A stretch of 64,000 bases of DNA from a virus (lineage: Duplodnaviria; Heunggongvirae; Uroviricota; Caudoviricetes): the IMG/VR virus record IMGVR_UViG_3300023202_000102, positions 66,700-130,699 of that record; one strand, given 5' to 3'. Below the pieces are notes generated by a model. The model was given only the letters and a program-made list of their open reading frames with translations, did not search any database and was not told the DNA's origin. The number at the start of each line of letters is the position of its first letter. Positions within the stretch are counted from its first letter, which is position 1. This document shows positions 37,205 through 46,837 of this stretch, in pieces. The position numbers were made by a program, and so were the translations under genes.

Positions 37205-37593
37205 TGAAGATTGCAGATCACTTAGATGATTTCCTTGACTGCCTAGACATTGAGTCTTCTCGTGTTGAACCAACATGTCTCTCTGATATTGTGGGCTTTG
37301 TCAAGACAAGGCGTGAGGTGAACCCAATTACTATGTTTGCAAGGAACAATGGTGATTCATCCAACTATCTTTTCGATCTATGCGAAGCCTTCATAGAAAA
37401 TATTGATGAGGGAACCGATCTATACCTCGCCGCTTTGTTCGTCATCGCTAGCGAGCTAGATGATGATAGATACACTCGTTTGGCGTCGAGAGCCTCTCGT
37501 GAGTTGCAAGAATATCGCTGGTCAGCTGCGATGGCTGCCAGTTACTTGCTCTCTAAAGAGGTGAATAATGCGTCCGTATGTATCTCTGCATAA
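37204..37593 (+). CDS. hypothetical protein
   Basis: 129-aa ORF. Confidence 0.6.
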   Translation: MKIADHLDDFLDCLDIESSRVEPTCLSDIVGFVKTRREVNPITMFARNNGDSSNYLFDLCEAFIENIDEGTDLYLAALFVIASELDDDRYTRLASRASRELQEYRWSAAMAASYLLSKEVNNASVCISA

Positions 37594-40297
37594 CCATACC
37601 ACCGGGTCGTTAGGTGGCAGCATCATCACGCCAAAGGCGTTGATTGATGCTACAAAGGAAGCTGGACAGACAGCCGTGGCCGTAACAGACCACGGCTCGA
37701 TGTCTAAGCTCTGGGAGACTTACAAGGCAGCAAAGAAAGCTGGTGTTAAGCTTATTGCTGGTTGTGAGTGTTACTTCGTAGATAACGCAGATGATGATGA
37801 AGACACAACCCTTCGTCACATTGTTCTTCTAGCGAAGAATGCCAAAGGTTACAAGAACCTTCTTACTCTAAATAAGCGGGGGTATGATAAGAAAACAGTT
37901 GCCTTCAAGCGTGCAATCCCAAGAGTGGATTGGAAGATGCTTGAAGAGTTCAGCGAAGGATTGATTTGTACATCTGCTTGTGGCAATGGAATCGTTGCCC
38001 AGCACATCATGTTGGACCAGCCCAGTGAGGCTGTGGCTGCTGCTATCAGACTCCAGAAGATTTTTGGCGATGACTTTGTTTTTGAGCTTCAGCCGCACAA
38101 CCTTCAGCGCAGAGCTAGCGCTTACTCCGGGGCCGTAAACCAACAGAAAATCAACATTGCCCTGAAAAAGCTCAGTGAGCAGTTGGGCATCAAATGTATT
38201 GTGGCTACCGATGCCCATTACATCAAGAAAGAAGATCACAAACTGCATGATGTTTACATCTGCAATGCTTCTGGCCAACCCATCAACTCCGGTGCCCGCC
38301 TCCGTTACGACAAGCCCGAGTTTTACGTAAAGAACTCTGACCAGGTGTATGAGCACTTCACTCGTCATATAAAGGTGTGGGGAGAAGAGTTTGTTGAGTC
38401 TCTGTTCACCAATGCTGTGGAGCTTGCAGATCGCTGCGAGATGGCTGACTGGATTGACCCAACAGTCTCAACTGGTGAGAAGTCACAGCTGCCAGAGTTT
38501 CCATACAAGGAAGAACCCGATTATGACAACTTCAAGACCTGGCAAAACACTTCTAAGGACAGCTTGGTTTACAATGCTAAAGCTGATGAGGACGCCCAGT
38601 TCTATCGTTACCGCTCCGAGAAGTATCTGAACGATAAGATCTCTCTTGGTAAAATACCAAAAGAAGACAAAGACGAATCCATTAAGCAGATGTTGGAAGA
38701 GTTCGATGTGTTTGAGTATCGTGGCTTCAGCTCCTATATGCTCATCACTGCTGATTTCCTTAACTGGGCTCGCAACAATGACATTGCCATTGGTCCTGGC
38801 CGTGGCTCTGTTGGTGGTTCTCTCACAGCTTATGTTCACAGGATTCACCAGGCGTATCCAAAGAAATACGGACTCATCTTTGCTCGCTTCTTAAACAAGT
38901 ACAAAGAAGCATTCCCTGACATTGACAATGACATCGCTCCGTCAGGTCGTGCGAAGCTACATGATTACCTACGCCGTAAGTATGGCGAGGCGAATGTTGC
39001 TCATGTCTCTAACATCAACACCATCACCCCAAAGGTGTACGCCAGAGACATCGCTCGTGTCTTTGAGTTTGGTGGTATGGGCCGCTCCATGGCTGCAGAG
39101 ATTGGTAACAACATTGCTGACTCTATCCCTGCCGACATCAAGAACATCAAACAAGCTCTGACCGAAGCCCCGCTATTTGCTGAGTACGCCAAGCAGTACC
39201 CTGAGCTGGCTCAGTACGCTGACCTCTGTGGCCTGCCGAGAGCATGGTCTACCCACGCTGGTGGCATTGTGATCTCCAAGAGACCGCTGGAAGGGCTGGT
39301 TCCACTACGCCGCGATACCAATGGTGCCCTCGTGCTTGAGTACGACAAGGAGATAGCAGAAGAGAATGGTCTGGTAAAGATCGATACTCTTGGCCTTGAG
39401 ACCTTGGACATCATTGGTGAGACGTATAGGTTAATCAAAGAAAATGGTAAGGTAGTTCACGAAGGTGAGTTCGATTACGAACTCATGGATGAACCTGCAT
39501 ACGATCTTGTTGGCACAGGCGATACGTTCGGTGTGTTTCAGCTTGGAAGTACGGCGGTCAATGTGTGTAAGAAGGTGAAGCCAAAGAACGTTGAAGATCT
39601 GGCTCTTATCTCATCACTCGTTCGTCCATCATCTAAGGATTCTATTCCTGAGGTGATTGACATTCGAAACGGTAAGAAGGAAGTTAAACTTCCGCACGAA
39701 TCATTGAATCGTTCCTTTGGTAACACCTACGGTATCGGACTCTTTGAAGAGTCCTTGTTATTCCTGGCCCAGGATGTAGCTGGTTGGGATCTTCATGATG
39801 CGGACAAGCTGCGTAAGCTTACCAAAGAGAAGGGTAAGAACCCTAAAAAGGTAAAGCAGTGGAGGGATGAGTTCGTTGAATCTTCAGTAAAGAATGGTTT
39901 TACTAAAGAGTTTGCTGAGGGTGTGTGGTCAGATTACGTTGAGTCCTTTGGTGGTTATGGCTTCAATCGGTCGGTGTACTTTTTCGAATCTGTTGATATA
40001 TATACTTCTGAAGGAAAGTTCATAACTTCAAAACCAATACAAGATGTAAAACCTGGAGAGTTTGTTCGGTCAAGGGATGAAGAAACGGGTAGTGATATTT
40101 ACATTGAGGTGATTGATAATCACGATCATGGAGAACTTGATGTGGTTGAGGTTGAGCTTGATACTGGAGAAAAAGTTAAATGCACAATGAATCACAAGTT
40201 CAGGACAGAGACTGGGGAGATGTTACCACTTCATCAGATTCTAAAGGACGGTCAGTCTATCGTTGTAAGCGATGTCATAAAAGATTCTGGAATTTAG
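37568..40297 (+). CDS. dnaE: DNA polymerase III alpha, N-terminal part, fused to split intein IntN
   Basis: PHP LHNHT/VTDHG, GPGRGSVGGS, active site PDIDND, HAGGIVIS, KIDTLGL, ending ...FGGYGFNR then intein. Confidence 0.97.
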   Translation: MRPYVSLHNHTTGSLGGSIITPKALIDATKEAGQTAVAVTDHGSMSKLWETYKAAKKAGVKLIAGCECYFVDNADDDEDTTLRHIVLLAKNAKGYKNLLTLNKRGYDKKTVAFKRAIPRVDWKMLEEFSEGLICTSACGNGIVAQHIMLDQPSEAVAAAIRLQKIFGDDFVFELQPHNLQRRASAYSGAVNQQKINIALKKLSEQLGIKCIVATDAHYIKKEDHKLHDVYICNASGQPINSGARLRYDKPEFYVKNSDQVYEHFTRHIKVWGEEFVESLFTNAVELADRCEMADWIDPTVSTGEKSQLPEFPYKEEPDYDNFKTWQNTSKDSLVYNAKADEDAQFYRYRSEKYLNDKISLGKIPKEDKDESIKQMLEEFDVFEYRGFSSYMLITADFLNWARNNDIAIGPGRGSVGGSLTAYVHRIHQAYPKKYGLIFARFLNKYKEAFPDIDNDIAPSGRAKLHDYLRRKYGEANVAHVSNINTITPKVYARDIARVFEFGGMGRSMAAEIGNNIADSIPADIKNIKQALTEAPLFAEYAKQYPELAQYADLCGLPRAWSTHAGGIVISKRPLEGLVPLRRDTNGALVLEYDKEIAEENGLVKIDTLGLETLDIIGETYRLIKENGKVVHEGEFDYELMDEPAYDLVGTGDTFGVFQLGSTAVNVCKKVKPKNVEDLALISSLVRPSSKDSIPEVIDIRNGKKEVKLPHESLNRSFGNTYGIGLFEESLLFLAQDVAGWDLHDADKLRKLTKEKGKNPKKVKQWRDEFVESSVKNGFTKEFAEGVWSDYVESFGGYGFNRSVYFFESVDIYTSEGKFITSKPIQDVKPGEFVRSRDEETGSDIYIEVIDNHDHGELDVVEVELDTGEKVKCTMNHKFRTETGEMLPLHQILKDGQSIVVSDVIKDSGI
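39971..40294 (+). mobile_element. split intein N-half (IntN, 108 aa, Ser1)
   Basis: SVYFFESVDIYTSEG block A, IQDVKPGEFV, block B KCTMNHKF, then stop. Confidence 0.92.
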
Positions 40298-41208
40298 ATA
40301 AAGCATCAGATCATATTGAATGTTGTAAAATAAAATACGATCAGTTACCAAAAGGTATTGACTTTGTAGTTTGCAATGTATGCGGATGGCACGCGAAAAA
40401 GCTTGGTGCTCATTTAAAAAATGAGCACGGAATAAATTCAGCAGATTATGATGGACAAATTGTTTGCGAGTCTTCTAAGAAGAAATACGAATCAGTTGCA
40501 AAAGAAAATGGCAATTGGATAGAGAGAGCAAAAGAAAATGGAGAAGACCTTTCTGATTACAAACAAAAGATGGGCCAAGCTGTTAAAGAGTCAATACTAT
40601 CTAATCCATCTGAAAGAAAGCGTCGAGCATCTGTGATGGGAGCTGTCAATAAGACAGATCTGATGCGGAAGAAATCATCCGAGACGGCAATTAAAACATC
40701 AGCCAGAAAAGACATACAAGAGAAAAGATCAGCTCAGTTAAAGAAGTGGCGTGATGAAAACCCAGATGATTTTTACAATAAGTGTATAAAGAAAATGATT
40801 GAAACTTATAATAGCAAACCCGAAGCATTGTTATTTAAGATAGTTTCTGAAATTGACGGGTATTCATTTAAAAGAAGTCAATTTATGAAGTCCAATACAT
40901 TCATTTCTAAAACCAAAAGAAAACAGGTAGATATAGCTGATAAATCTAAAAGGGTATATGTAGAGTTTGATGGTAAATTACATTTTAAAAATACTAAATT
41001 CGATCAGTTGGAAATTAATAAGCTCAAAGATAAGTTGCTTGATGAACACATCATCAAACATAGATGGATTTTAATACGAGTATCATACGATCAGTTTTCA
41101 TATCGTAAATCAGATTATGGATTTAAGAAAGACTGTCTTGATAAAGTGTTTGAAATTCTAAACAACCCAACACCTGGTGTTTATAAAATAGGAGAAAGTT
41201 ATGTATAA
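40180..41208 (+). mobile_element. free-standing endonuclease: two C2H2-like Zn fingers plus Vsr/DUF559-like nuclease
   Basis: YRCKRCHKRF...H..CC, CNVC...HLKNEH, C-terminal VDI...YVEFDGKLHF...KDKLL...ILIRV; AT-rich; GGAG SD 10 nt before the ATG. Confidence 0.85.
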
Positions 41209-41327
41209 AGAATCAAAATTGGTGAAAGTTTTAACATTTGATAACAAACACGGAATGCAGATGGAGATTTAATGAGTGTTTCACATTTTATTCAAGAGAT
41301 GGTAAGTGAAGCTATGAGGTCAGCTAG

Positions 41328-41438
41328 ATGACCAATATCAAATCAGTAACACCAGTTGGAAAGGCGCAAACATATGATTTAGAGGTAGCTCATCCTGATC
41401 ACCAGTACTATCTCAGCAATGGAATGCTTACGAGTAAC
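41328..41438 (+). mobile_element. split intein C-half (IntC, 37 aa)
   Basis: MTNIKSVTPVGKAQTYDLEVAHPDHQYYLSNGMLTSN, +1 Ser. Confidence 0.95.
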
Positions 41439-42830
41439 TCACACGCTACCCTTTACTCAATGATTTCCCTCCACACAGGATACCTCAAAGCGAATTACCC
41501 AATTGAATTTCTGGTAGCTAACCTTATCTCTGAGGTGAAGTCCAACGCCAAACAGGCCAAGGATAATATCCTCAAGATCAAAACTGAGCTTCGTAATCGT
41601 AAGGTCAAGATTGTCCCTCCGGATATCAATACCTCTGGGCTGTCTTGGAAGATCAAGGATGAACACACTTTAATGACCGGCCTTGACTCATTGAAGTACA
41701 TGGGTGGGGATGCAATTCCTGAGCTGATTGCTAAGCGTCCATTCGTTTCTTTTCAAGATCTTGTATACCGTACAGAGTCTAGGAAGGTTCGATCTCCAAG
41801 CATTCAGTCAATGGCAGCTTCTGGTTCTTTAGATTCGTTTGAGCTGGAGCGTCACCTGATGTTTTACTACGCATCAGATTTCAGGGCCAAGCTTCGCGCT
41901 CATATGGAGAAGCTTGATAGAAAGATTATTCGAGAGTGGAGTAAAGAGAACAATTATTCCAAAGCCAAAGATGATGTTGGCAATGAGTTCTGGGTGGCGG
42001 AAGAGTCACCAGATGAGCTTATTGACCCACCAAAACCAACTGAGCAGGATAAGGCTGAGTGGCTGGCTGAATTCAAGTACCCATTCCCTGAAGAGGGTAC
42101 CATTGTTGAGGGCAAGGATGGTCCTGTAGAGATTCGCAAATGGACTATCCAAGAGCAGTTCGCCATGGAAGATTACTACATGGGTGAAGGTATCTCTGGA
42201 ACCATCTTCGATAGGTATCCTGATTTCTTCCATCCAAAAAGAACCGTTCCATTTGCTGCTCTAAAAGAGATGTTTCCATGGAAGCATCATTCTGATGATG
42301 AACGTACTAATCGAAAGGCAAATACCCACTATCTTGGTAACCAAAAGATTCGTCCACTAGAAGCTGTGATTACATCTATGTTTGTATTCACAGTGAAGAA
42401 GGAGGACTCTCCCATCTTTGGCCAGGAGATGGCGCGTATTACTTTGCAAGATCCTTGGGGCGATGATGCGTCGTTGTTGTGCTTCCCCGAGGCATGGGAG
42501 ATGATGAAGCAGAGGATTGAGCGAGAACTTTCTGGCGGAAAACAAGCGGTTGAGCCGGGTGTTGCAATTAGGTTCTTGGGTTCTTTTCAGTGGGAGAATG
42601 AAGCATCAACATCTTTCGTACTCTCCGATATATTGGCTTATAAGGCCCCACCAAGCATGCCGGAGGATAGAGCTTCTCGCAAAGTGAAAATGCCTAGAGC
42701 AAATAAGCTCAAGGCAGAGGAAGCTTCAACTTTGGATCAAGGGGACCTTCTTGAACGGTTGGAAAATGAAATGTTAGATGATGGCTATTCATTTATCAAT
42801 GACCCAACTGATGACGATATAGAGAGTTAA
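41328..42830 (+). CDS. dnaE: split intein IntC fused to the C-terminal part of DNA polymerase III alpha
   Basis: After 37 aa of IntC: SHATLYSMISLHTGYLKANYP, IVPPDINTS, HhH region, OB-fold MARITLQDPWG. Confidence 0.95.
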   Translation: MTNIKSVTPVGKAQTYDLEVAHPDHQYYLSNGMLTSNSHATLYSMISLHTGYLKANYPIEFLVANLISEVKSNAKQAKDNILKIKTELRNRKVKIVPPDINTSGLSWKIKDEHTLMTGLDSLKYMGGDAIPELIAKRPFVSFQDLVYRTESRKVRSPSIQSMAASGSLDSFELERHLMFYYASDFRAKLRAHMEKLDRKIIREWSKENNYSKAKDDVGNEFWVAEESPDELIDPPKPTEQDKAEWLAEFKYPFPEEGTIVEGKDGPVEIRKWTIQEQFAMEDYYMGEGISGTIFDRYPDFFHPKRTVPFAALKEMFPWKHHSDDERTNRKANTHYLGNQKIRPLEAVITSMFVFTVKKEDSPIFGQEMARITLQDPWGDDASLLCFPEAWEMMKQRIERELSGGKQAVEPGVAIRFLGSFQWENEASTSFVLSDILAYKAPPSMPEDRASRKVKMPRANKLKAEEASTLDQGDLLERLENEMLDDGYSFINDPTDDDIES

Positions 42831-42832
42831 GT

Positions 42833-43600
42833 ATGAGATGTATGTCTTGTGGAGCCAATATCCCACCTGAGTGGGTGATGGCTATTCAGTCTAATCAATG
42901 TCCAGGTTGCGGTAATGAAATCATGGACGAGAAAACCCAGGAGCTTCTTAAAGAGCTTTCTGAAGCTATGGATAAAATGCCTAACGATCCACAGGGCGTG
43001 GCTGGGTGGCTCATTTCTAACTATAGATTTATGAAGATGGGCTCGGGGGAGCCGGTGGAAAAGTTCCATCGAAAGGGCTCTGGAGCTGGTGATGTTGATA
43101 CTGGTAATTTAAAGGTAGATCCTTCTTTTGATAAGTTTATGAAGAATTCAGATGGTGCACAGATTGCATCACGCTCTGCTGAGCTTGCGGAGAGGTTTAA
43201 GGGAGCTAAGGGAGGCTTTGCAGAGATGGGTGCAATGATTGCGGAGGCGGGAGATCCTTATGGTGACACTACAACTTCTGATATTGATGTTTCATCTTCT
43301 GGCCCCAATGATGATGATACTAATTTTATGCAGCAGTTGCATGCCCAAGGTATCAATCCCTTTGCCGCATCTGAGGGTGCAGCCATAGCTGCCGCTGGGG
43401 CGGGTTCAGGTGACCTGTATCAAGCGATTGACCCAGGTGAGGTGACCAACCTCATGAAAGACCCAGACGCCCCCTCTAAGGTTGAGAAGGAGTTAGCAAT
43501 GTCATCTGATGGTCAGAAACATCTTCAAAGAGAGCAGTTCAAGAAGCTCAAAGCACAAGATGCCGTCAGTGGAGGCGGTGGTGGAGCCTTTAGGAGATAA
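42833..43600 (+). CDS. hypothetical protein with N-terminal double Zn ribbon
   Basis: CMSC...CPGC. Confidence 0.65.
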   Translation: MRCMSCGANIPPEWVMAIQSNQCPGCGNEIMDEKTQELLKELSEAMDKMPNDPQGVAGWLISNYRFMKMGSGEPVEKFHRKGSGAGDVDTGNLKVDPSFDKFMKNSDGAQIASRSAELAERFKGAKGGFAEMGAMIAEAGDPYGDTTTSDIDVSSSGPNDDDTNFMQQLHAQGINPFAASEGAAIAAAGAGSGDLYQAIDPGEVTNLMKDPDAPSKVEKELAMSSDGQKHLQREQFKKLKAQDAVSGGGGGAFRR

Positions 43601-43602
43601 CA

Positions 43603-43836
43603 ATGAGTTTCACAAAAGATGGAAAGAAAAAGACTGATGACCGAACAAAGTTCGGTGATGATGCAGATATTACAAATGAAGAAGTTGATTCTTTGATTAA
43701 CGAATATGATAATGAGCAGAGGATCAAAGAGGATACCGAAAGACCTGAAGAAACATTTAAGAAGAAAAGGGTTGCCTACAATCAGGAGAGGGCAAAAGAA
43801 AACTTCGAGAATGGCAAGGGTAGCTTTAGGAGATAA
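43603..43836 (+). CDS. hypothetical protein
   Basis: 77-aa ORF with AGGAG SD; ends GKGSFRR, similar to the GGGAFRR end of the preceding gene. Confidence 0.6.
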   Translation: MSFTKDGKKKTDDRTKFGDDADITNEEVDSLINEYDNEQRIKEDTERPEETFKKKRVAYNQERAKENFENGKGSFRR

Positions 43837-43863
43837 TAATGAGTTACCCTTTAAGAGAGAATA

Positions 43864-44322
43864 ATGAGCAGAAGAAAACCTGTAGAAATAAAACCAACCG
43901 TTAGGATCATTGACAACAAGAAAGTGTTGATGACTCCTGACGAGTATCAATTCTATGAACATATCTGTACTGGATATAATCGTCCAAACTTTCAAGGCTC
44001 AGAACTCTTTCAAGATCATTTTGAGGTTAATGATGATGGCATTATCATTTTCGTTAAACCACCACACAAGAAGTATTCTTCGCTAGAGGTTTTTACATTC
44101 TTGGTAAGTCTAATGGTGAATCAACAACTGCGTATTGCTCAAGGGCAAGTACAGACATTGATTGATGAAGGACGTAAGAAATATCAAGAAGAACTAGCCG
44201 AAGTAAACAAGCTCAAAGAAGAGTTGAAGTCAGCTCTAAATGAGGTCGAGCAGCTTAAGAAGTCATCAGTAAAGTCTACTTCCAAGAGGAGAAAAAAGAC
44301 TGATGACGGAACCAATAAGTGA
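43864..44322 (+). CDS. hypothetical protein
   Basis: 152-aa ORF. Confidence 0.65.
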   Translation: MSRRKPVEIKPTVRIIDNKKVLMTPDEYQFYEHICTGYNRPNFQGSELFQDHFEVNDDGIIIFVKPPHKKYSSLEVFTFLVSLMVNQQLRIAQGQVQTLIDEGRKKYQEELAEVNKLKEELKSALNEVEQLKKSSVKSTSKRRKKTDDGTNK

Positions 44323-44746
44323 AGAAAAAGTTGATGAACTGCTGGGTAACTTCCAGCAGAAATACCACCTCGTTTTGAATGAGCTGGATTCACTACATAA
44401 AGGATCTTTTGACGAGGAAGAGGCATCGCAGATGGCGGCCCTTTGCCTGCTTTCACAAGCTGCTTTGCTTGCTGATTTAGCAGCTGCTGACCTCCGATCT
44501 AGATCTCTCAAGCGTGATATAGATTTCGCTAAGGCTACAGCTTATGCAGAGATTAAGTCCAATCCTCCCGATGGGAAGAAGGTGACTGAAGCTGCACTGG
44601 CTAACCTTATAGTAAAGGACGATGAAGTTCGGCGCATAACCAAAGAGCAAACAGAAGCTGAAAGGGATTATAAACACCTTGCTAACATTCACGCTCTACT
44701 TAAAGAAGCGCACATAACATTCCGAGGAATTAAAAAAGGAGTATAA
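44303..44746 (+). CDS. helical protein, possibly a UvsY-like recombination mediator
   Basis: KKVTEAALANLIVKDDEV pattern; directly coupled to recA. Confidence 0.35.
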   Translation: MTEPISEEKVDELLGNFQQKYHLVLNELDSLHKGSFDEEEASQMAALCLLSQAALLADLAAADLRSRSLKRDIDFAKATAYAEIKSNPPDGKKVTEAALANLIVKDDEVRRITKEQTEAERDYKHLANIHALLKEAHITFRGIKKGV

Positions 44747-45696
44747 TGCCATCGAAGAAGACAACTAAGAAAATAGATATTGCCAATCTAGTAAAAAAGG
44801 CACAGGGCAGATTCGACAAGAAGAAAGCACATCTTGCAGCCCGAATGACAGCGGGAGATCAGATCGTTCTCTCACAAGATCCTTCAGATTATATATACTC
44901 AGAACAGATTGATAAGTTCTGGAAACCACTGACTGGAGTAATGGGTGGACCTTACGGACGCATTTGGCAGTTCGCAGGAAAGCCAGATAGTGGAAAGTCA
45001 ACAGCAGCAATGTTGTTCATGAAGGCCGCGCAAGAACAAGAAGCAATCGTAGTACTTTGGGATACAGAGGGTAAGTTCGATTCTTCAAGATTTAGGGACC
45101 AGCTGAAGGGTGACCCATCACAGATTCCTGTTGCTCCATCGAGAAACATCACAGAGGGAGTTCAACAGGTTGTTGCTTATGTGAAGACAATTAAGGAGAT
45201 GGATCCTGATCAGAAGATTCTTCTTGTCTGGGACTCCGTAGGAGCTTCCATCAATTCAGCGGAAGATGAGGAGAATGATGATTACTCAAAGCAGCCGGGT
45301 GTTACAGCTAAAGAGGTCTCTTGGGCAATCAGAAGATTTAATCAGCTCATGGAGAAATTCAGAGATGCTAATGGTAACTACACTATTGGAGTTCTTTGCG
45401 TGAACCAGGTTTACGCAAACATTGGTTCTGTTGGTAACAAGCAGAAAGGTGGAGCTGAACTTGAATACCTTAGCTCCCTAATTATCGAAATGTCGAGGAA
45501 GCAAACGCTGACGAGAACTAGGAATAAGCAGAAGGTTAAGTACGGAATCAAGACCGTGGCAAGGGTGAAGAAAAACCACCTTCATGGCGGTCAGGATTGT
45601 GTTGCCGAGCTTGACTTGATTGTGTCCGCAGATGGTATTGAGCTGGCTGATAAGATCAAGGAAATTGTCCCTGATATCGAAGGGTTAGAGGAGTAA
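44746..45696 (+). CDS. recA: RecA/UvsX-like recombinase
   Basis: GKPDSGKST, WDTEG, VWDSVGA, VNQVY, GGAELEY, VKKNH. Confidence 0.9.
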   Translation: MPSKKTTKKIDIANLVKKAQGRFDKKKAHLAARMTAGDQIVLSQDPSDYIYSEQIDKFWKPLTGVMGGPYGRIWQFAGKPDSGKSTAAMLFMKAAQEQEAIVVLWDTEGKFDSSRFRDQLKGDPSQIPVAPSRNITEGVQQVVAYVKTIKEMDPDQKILLVWDSVGASINSAEDEENDDYSKQPGVTAKEVSWAIRRFNQLMEKFRDANGNYTIGVLCVNQVYANIGSVGNKQKGGAELEYLSSLIIEMSRKQTLTRTRNKQKVKYGIKTVARVKKNHLHGGQDCVAELDLIVSADGIELADKIKEIVPDIEGLEE

Positions 45697-45701
45697 AAAA
45701 A

Positions 45702-45983
45702 ATGGCAAATATTCCCTCAGTTGTTCAAAGATCTAGCGTTAAAGTGGCATGGTTAATAGTAGTTGAAGACCCTACTGTAAAGGGTAATGTCCAGTATTAT
45801 AGATCGAAAGATTTGATTGAATCAAATTTTGTGGTCGAGATACGGGGCGAGCTACTAACTAAAACAAACGCGGACAAAATAGCTAAAAATCCTAATGCAG
45901 AAATTACTGGCCAAACAGTCAACGTCAAGTTGCCATGGCAAAAAGTAATACGCATTCTTAACGTAAACTATCAAGCTAAATAA
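45702..45983 (+). CDS. hypothetical protein
   Basis: 93-aa ORF with GAGGAG SD. Confidence 0.6.
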   Translation: MANIPSVVQRSSVKVAWLIVVEDPTVKGNVQYYRSKDLIESNFVVEIRGELLTKTNADKIAKNPNAEITGQTVNVKLPWQKVIRILNVNYQAK

Positions 45984-46004
45984 TTCCGCAAGGAGAAATA
46001 TAAA

Positions 46005-46766
46005 ATGAGTGATAATAAACCAACAATTGGCGTAAAACCATGGGGCAGCTCCCCATCAAAGAATAGAAAGTATGACGATGACGACACTCCTCGTCTACCT
46101 TTCATGAAGCTCAACCCGAGCCCTGGCATCAACGACTTGCGTATCGTTTCTGATTACGCAACTTACTACCAGGCCCGCTACAAGGGACCTGAATCTAAGA
46201 AGTCTTATGGTGATAAGGTTCGTACAGCTTGGCCTACCTATGATGACTGTCCTGTCTTTAACGACTTGGGCATTCAGCCAAAGGAGCGCTTCTTCGTTGT
46301 GGTGGTTGACCGTAGCGATAACCAGTTGAAGATTCTGGACATGAGCGTCCTCGTCAAGGACCAGATTGAGACCAATCTAAATGTCATAAATCAGAGGCGC
46401 AAGGACGGTGAGAAGATTACTCCTCGCCACTTTGAGATCTCTCTTAGCTTTGATCCTAAGGCTAAGAAAGCAACTGGTTTCTACAATGTAGTTATCGTTG
46501 AGACCTCCCCTCCTTCCGAGGAGGATCTTGCCCTTGTCAATGACATCGGTGGTGAAGAGGTGCTCACTAAGATCCTCAACCGTCAGTCTATGTGCTACAA
46601 GCGTGAGGCTGTTGTCAAGCGTCTCATGGGCCTTGGCTGGGATGGAAAACCTGTCGTTCAGGAGACTGAGGAGACAGGGGCTTCCCACGAGGAGCCTGCG
46701 GAAGATGACTACACCTTCCCTAATGCAGAGGCTGGTTCTGAGGAACCATCAGCTGCAAACGGATAA
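46005..46766 (+). CDS. putative single-stranded DNA-binding protein
   Basis: FMKL...LRIV OB-like beta pattern, acidic C-terminal tail, strong AAGGAG SD and terminator, next to recA. Confidence 0.55.
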   Translation: MSDNKPTIGVKPWGSSPSKNRKYDDDDTPRLPFMKLNPSPGINDLRIVSDYATYYQARYKGPESKKSYGDKVRTAWPTYDDCPVFNDLGIQPKERFFVVVVDRSDNQLKILDMSVLVKDQIETNLNVINQRRKDGEKITPRHFEISLSFDPKAKKATGFYNVVIVETSPPSEEDLALVNDIGGEEVLTKILNRQSMCYKREAVVKRLMGLGWDGKPVVQETEETGASHEEPAEDDYTFPNAEAGSEEPSAANG

Positions 46767-46784
46767 GTAAACCTATCTTAGCTT

Positions 46785-46821
46785 AGAAAAGGGAACTGCT
46801 TCGGTAGTTCCCTTTTCTTTT
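46785..46821 (+). terminator. intrinsic terminator
   Basis: AGAAAAGGGAACTGC-TTCG-GTAGTTCCCTTTTCT followed by Ts. Confidence 0.9.
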
Positions 46822-46837
46822 GGTTATAGCTCCATGT

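Noticed and set aside
37868-38368. Long antisense or alternate-frame ORFs (e.g. 37868..38368-, 43525..43995-, 55873..56283-, 62456..62872-)
   Set aside because: They are shadows of strongly supported plus-strand genes, with no SD and no recognisable motifs.
40180-41438. Contiguous intein broken by a sequencing error or joined by programmed frameshifting
   Set aside because: IntN, the endonuclease and IntC lie in three different frames with separate stops and starts, and no X-XXY-YYZ slippery heptamer was seen in the overlap.
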